Shown: positions 59,979-64,000 of the stretch, in pieces
How the letters are laid out: every line of letters starts with the position of its first letter
Numbering within the stretch: the first letter of the stretch is position 1
NCBI GenBank assembly: GCA_963843575.1
Contig: CAWJKZ010000021.1
Span: 321,661 to 385,660, forward strand
From: an uncultured Acidobacteriota bacterium
GTDB taxonomy: Bacteria > Acidobacteriota > UBA6911
Length of the DNA: 64,000 nucleotides
Reading direction: 5' to 3'
Position numbers and translations under genes: made by a program
The notes under the pieces: model-generated
Told to the model about the DNA's origin: nothing
The model's input: only the letters and a program-made list of their open reading frames with translations
Database searches by the model: none

Positions 59979-60476
59979 TTACTCCTTCTTCCCCTGTTCC
60001 ATGCCCAGTTCCTTGATGAGGCGCTCGCGGGCGGCGTCATCCTGGAGCAACTCCTGCAGCTTCTTCCTGAACCCGGGCACGTTGCCCAGCGGGCCCTTCA
60101 ACGCGGTCAGGGCCTCCCGCAGGTCGAGCAGCTTCTTCAACTCGGGCACCTGCTGGGCGACCGACTCCGGGCCGAAGTCCTTCAGGGTCTCGACCCGGAG
60201 GTTGACCGGCAACTCGTCCCCTTCTTGGTTGGACAGCCGGTTCGGGACCGTGAAGTTAAGCGACAATTCCTGTTTGCGCATCACCTCGTTGAAATTGTCC
60301 TTGTCCACGTTGATCGGTTTGCGGTCTTCGAGCGGACGGGAATCGGTTCGGAAGGTGAAGTCGCCCAGGACGAGCTGCTTCAGGGGCAGCTCAATCTGCT
60401 CCTGGGCCCCTCCGGTGGCCGGTTTGTATACGATGTTGATGCGTTCCCGGGGAGCCACGGAACCCTCTTTAGCCAT
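59979..60476 (-). CDS. tssB: T6SS sheath small subunit TssB
   Basis: SVAPRERINI, ELPLK.LVLGDFT, DFGPESVAQQVPEL. Confidence 0.95.
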   Translation of the reverse strand: MAKEGSVAPRERINIVYKPATGGAQEQIELPLKQLVLGDFTFRTDSRPLEDRKPINVDKDNFNEVMRKQELSLNFTVPNRLSNQEGDELPVNLRVETLKDFGPESVAQQVPELKKLLDLREALTALKGPLGNVPGFRKKLQELLQDDAARERLIKELGMEQGKKE

Positions 60477-60502
60477 CACTGACCTCCGCGAAATGGTCGC
60501 AC

Positions 60503-62077
60503 CTAGAAGTCGACCGTTAATGCTGCGTTGACATCGATCCTGCAAATCCGCTGGTACAGTTCACCCAGCTGGCGCTCCACATCCGGGGGGCGTTCCGACA
60601 TCGCGGCGGCCAGCTTCTGGCGGCACTTGAACAGCTGCTGCACGACCGCGAGGGACAGTTCCGGTTCCCACTCCTCGAGCGAGAACCGGCGGATCTGTTC
60701 GTCCAGAAGGGTCAGGAGGGGCAGGGCAAGCTGCGGCTTGCCGGCGTCGACGCAGAGCCTAGCCATTTCGAGCTTCCACAGAAATTGCCGTCGCTGCCGG
60801 GATTCGCGGGCGATGCCGTTCGTGAATAGGGCAAGCCCCTTGTTCAGTTCGCCGTTCGAGAACAGCCGATGGGCTTCTGCCGCCGTCTTGGCGAGTTCCT
60901 GGTCGTCGCCGGCCCCCTCCCGTCCGGCCCCCGTGTTCCCGCCGGCGCCGGGCTGGGACGAAACCACCTCGCTGCGGACCCATTCCGCCGTTGCGAGGCT
61001 GAATAGTGGGGTGCCGTCGACGAACTTCAGCCCGGCAAGATCGGGGAGCCTCAGGAGCAGGGACTGCAATTCGGCCAGGATGGCCTTGCGCGCGGCGGAG
61101 TATTGCTCGCCGAGTTCCGACAGGGCCTGCGCGCACTGGCGTTGGATGTCGAACGCGAACACCTGTTCGAGGAATCCCGCCTCGGCTTCCCTCAAGACGG
61201 CGAGCCAGTCGCGCCCCGAGAGGAGCTGCTGCAATCTCTGTGCGACGCCTGCGTCCGGGGCCGGGATGTAGGTAATCCCGCCCTCCTGCGTCGGGAGGGC
61301 GACCTGCCATCCCCACGTGATCCCCCTCGTGATCCTGTACGGCAGCGGGTCGGCCGGGTCCGCCGCGAGCAGCATCGCCGCCGCCTGGAAAAGGCGCGTC
61401 CGACATTCGGCGAGGACTGCATCCACCTCGCCCGGCCCAGCCGCCTCGGGGAGGGGGGCGGCCTTGGCCTGCTCGGCCTGCTGCTGTTTTGCGGCCTCCT
61501 CTGCGGCGGCAGCGGCCCGGCGCGAGCGCACGGCGTCGGCCTGGGCCTGCACGAGCTGCCGCAGCTCGACAAATCCGGGCGCCTCGTTGGCCAGGCACTC
61601 CTCCACGGCGGCCACGAAGTCGAGCAGGCCCTGTTCGACTTCGAGCGCAAGCTCGTCGGAGGCCGCGGCCGGCTTGCGCGCCAGTGCCACGGGCAACCGC
61701 TCCTCCGCCCATTGGACCGCCCCGACCCTCCCCCGCATGCGGCTCTTCTCGGGGAACGCCGTCTCCCAGAAGTTCTTCAGCAGGTTCCGATACAGCGCGA
61801 GGCCATTGAGCAGCCCCTCGAAACCCTTGGCGTGACACAGCCCGAGGGTGAGATAGGATGCGACGCGAAGGTCTTTTGATTTGCTCTTGAGCAGGGAACT
61901 CGACAGCTGCGTGACCGCGCCCCAGTCCACCGGGACGGGGGAGAGGGCTTCCGTCTTGGCGATTTCGGCGCTGAGCTGTTCGAATTGCGGATCGAAACGA
62001 ACCGATTCGCCTGCCGGAGCCGACGCGCTTATCGGTTCGACGCCCAGGTTGACGATTTCCGCATCCAAAAAGGACAT
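60503..62077 (-). CDS. tssA: T6SS TssA (ImpA_N plus VasJ-like region)
   Basis: PISASAPAGESVRFDP.F, SKDLRVA, WEPEL. Confidence 0.88.
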   Translation of the reverse strand: MSFLDAEIVNLGVEPISASAPAGESVRFDPQFEQLSAEIAKTEALSPVPVDWGAVTQLSSSLLKSKSKDLRVASYLTLGLCHAKGFEGLLNGLALYRNLLKNFWETAFPEKSRMRGRVGAVQWAEERLPVALARKPAAASDELALEVEQGLLDFVAAVEECLANEAPGFVELRQLVQAQADAVRSRRAAAAAEEAAKQQQAEQAKAAPLPEAAGPGEVDAVLAECRTRLFQAAAMLLAADPADPLPYRITRGITWGWQVALPTQEGGITYIPAPDAGVAQRLQQLLSGRDWLAVLREAEAGFLEQVFAFDIQRQCAQALSELGEQYSAARKAILAELQSLLLRLPDLAGLKFVDGTPLFSLATAEWVRSEVVSSQPGAGGNTGAGREGAGDDQELAKTAAEAHRLFSNGELNKGLALFTNGIARESRQRRQFLWKLEMARLCVDAGKPQLALPLLTLLDEQIRRFSLEEWEPELSLAVVQQLFKCRQKLAAAMSERPPDVERQLGELYQRICRIDVNAALTVDF

Positions 62078-62216
62078 CTACTCAGATTTTCGAGTTCTGC
62101 GGGTCAATGTGTACAGACGTACCCAGTCCGCGCAAGACATACAGCCGATTCGGTCTGATTTGTCGTATCCGAGCGTGATCTGACGAAAATCATTATTTAG
62201 GTGGCTAGAAACCTTG

Positions 62217-63002
62217 TCAAGTTCTTTCCCGGACGGTCCCCCCCTGTGCCGCTGCCATTATCGACTCGACCTTCTCAACCAGGTCGTCGCGGATCTGCGA
62301 TATCTTGTCGACGTCCACAACCTCCTCGAAAACCGAGGTTCCGCTCATCTCGGTCGAATCGAGGATGAGGTGATCGGGCGGGAGCATCGTCTTGAGAGGC
62401 GCCGTCAGGGTCGTCAGCGGCAGTTCCCCCAATTCCGGCGAGGTGACGGTGCTGATCTCCCAGCGCAGGGCGCGCAACAGGTTCGCGATGCCAGGGTATC
62501 GGTTCAGCAGCAGGTGAATGAGGCAGCAACGGATGACGAACTCGCGCACGTCGTCCGGCTTCTTCTCCTCTTTGCCCGCGACGCCCAGCCGCAGGCGCGA
62601 GAGGCTCAGGCCCGACCCGTAGGACAGAACGTAGCGCACCGGCGACGTGATGGTCACGACCTTCTGGCCGACGCCGGTGTTCAACTGGTGCAGGTATTCC
62701 CACGGATGAACTTCCAGCGCAAGCCCTATCGGCTTCAGAGGGGGCCTCAGCGGCCTGGGCAGGTCAAATGGCTTCCCTGCGGCCTTGGCATATAACTCGT
62801 TGAGCGCCGCAAAGTTCTTCTCGGCGTCGAGCACCGGCTCCGGAGTGCCGCTGTCGATGTAGTCTCCAAGGACCCGACGCGGCCGCAACAGCGGCGAGAT
62901 CGTCGTCAGCTGCTCCCTCAACTGGAGGAGGAGGTGTTCCGATACGGTGCGGGTCACCTTGCGCAGAAAAAGCAGTCGCCCAATGCTGAATTCTTCGGTC
63001 AT
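62217..63002 (-). CDS. hypothetical protein heading the tssA operon
   Basis: AAGGA RBS, ATG at 63002, GC-rich third positions; no family recognised. Confidence 0.7.
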   Translation of the reverse strand: MTEEFSIGRLLFLRKVTRTVSEHLLLQLREQLTTISPLLRPRRVLGDYIDSGTPEPVLDAEKNFAALNELYAKAAGKPFDLPRPLRPPLKPIGLALEVHPWEYLHQLNTGVGQKVVTITSPVRYVLSYGSGLSLSRLRLGVAGKEEKKPDDVREFVIRCCLIHLLLNRYPGIANLLRALRWEISTVTSPELGELPLTTLTAPLKTMLPPDHLILDSTEMSGTSVFEEVVDVDKISQIRDDLVEKVESIMAAAQGGTVRERT

Positions 63003-63230
63003 GATGTCCTTTTCACTTAGAGGCAAGAAGCCGAAACAACTGAAGCCGGAAGCCCGAGAGCCGGAAGTCCGAAGTTCTGATGCCGGAGACACCGCCCCAG
63101 ACGGCGGTGGAGTGCTGGCTGCCAATGCCCGGCTTCTGGCTGTGAAATATAACACAGTAAAGGGAATAACAGTTACCGGCAAAACGATGCCAACTTTCCT
63201 TTGGCGCGAAGCTCGGTTATGATCAGAGCG

Positions 63231-64000
63231 ATGTCCGCACTTCTGATCGTTCGCTCCGGTTCGCTGCAGGGTCAGCGGATCCGGCTCAAATCGGACCTTA
63301 CCCGTTTGGGCCGCAAGGCCGAAAACGACATCGTTTTCTCCGACCACCTGGTCTCGAGCAACCATGCTGAAATCCGCCGCAGCGGCGGGGAATACCTGCT
63401 GGTGGACTGCGGGAGCACCAACGGCACCTTTGTCGGAGGGAAGCCGGTCACGCGTATGCGGCTCGGGAATCGCGACAAGTTCGAGCTGGGGGAAGGGGGA
63501 CCGGTCGTCGAATTCCGCACCGAGGGGGAAGAAGGCGGCGACCGGCCGCGGTTGTGCCCGATTTCGGGCTCGTGGCAGGGCGGCGAACCGATCGCGCTGA
63601 CCGGGGCGCGCACGACCATCGGGCGGGGTGCGGGCAACGACATTGTGGTGGGGCGCGAGGCGGGCTCGGTGGTTTCGTCAGAACACGCTCTCATCCTGAT
63701 AGAAGACGAGTCGTGCCGGATTCAGGATCTCGACAGCTCCAACGGGACCTACGTCAACGGGGAACGGATCGACGCGGTGCGCCTCCACGACGGGGACCGG
63801 GTGGAGCTTGGCTCGGGAGGCCCGGTATTCGAGTACCGGGCCGCGGGAACGGCGCGCAAGGGGCGCAAGCCGGACGAGCGCGAAGGTGAGCGCATGTTCC
63901 GCAAGCTGGAGCGTGCGGCCCGGGGCGGGCGCGCCGGCGAGCAGACCATGCTGATGCTTCATGCGGCGAACAGGTTCCACAAGCGCCGCCGATGGCCTCT
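63231..64000 (+). CDS. tandem FHA-domain protein (3' partial)
   Basis: Two FHA signatures: LGR...VSSNHA...DCGSTNGT and IGR...VSSEHA...DLDSSNGT; frame stays open to the window end. Confidence 0.85.
   Translation, partial: MSALLIVRSGSLQGQRIRLKSDLTRLGRKAENDIVFSDHLVSSNHAEIRRSGGEYLLVDCGSTNGTFVGGKPVTRMRLGNRDKFELGEGGPVVEFRTEGEEGGDRPRLCPISGSWQGGEPIALTGARTTIGRGAGNDIVVGREAGSVVSSEHALILIEDESCRIQDLDSSNGTYVNGERIDAVRLHDGDRVELGSGGPVFEYRAAGTARKGRKPDEREGERMFRKLERAARGGRAGEQTMLMLHAANRFHKRRRWP

Noticed and set aside
63176-63193. Sigma54-like TTGGCATCGTTTTGCC on the - strand upstream of the tssA operon
   Set aside because: GG-to-GC spacing is 9 rather than 10; valid only if the A-run is under-called

Overview
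High-GC bacterial genomic window; gene content suggests Acidobacteriota (inference only). Positions 1-27.1 kb hold housekeeping and accessory genes: S9 peptidase, Gfo/Idh/MocA oxidoreductase, YbbP/YbbA/TesA-like triad, SYLF protein, radical SAM enzyme, TMTC-like TPR protein, UPF0182, YajQ, KorAB, ABC exporter, Xth, GDPD and DUF1080. Several families of miniature inverted-repeat elements and REP-like palindromes are interspersed, including one IR-bounded IS110 remnant. Positions 27.3-64 kb are a large type VI secretion system built as two convergent halves. The + strand half is tssJKLM, two unusual TssB-TssC fusion genes, vgrG and a roughly 13 kb effector island (DUF1360-like protein, small Cys protein, PAAR, pentapeptide protein, DUF2169 fragment, RHS-HNH toxin with SMI1/KNR4 immunity, DUF2169, an HExxH putative effector and two paralogous unknown proteins). 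The - strand half is an unknown gene followed by tssA-B-C-E-F-G-H, and a divergent tandem-FHA gene runs off the window. No hcp, rRNA, tRNA or CRISPR array was seen. Four genes each carry an apparent +1 frameshift, probably assembly indels. All family calls are by-eye motif recognition; no database searches were run.
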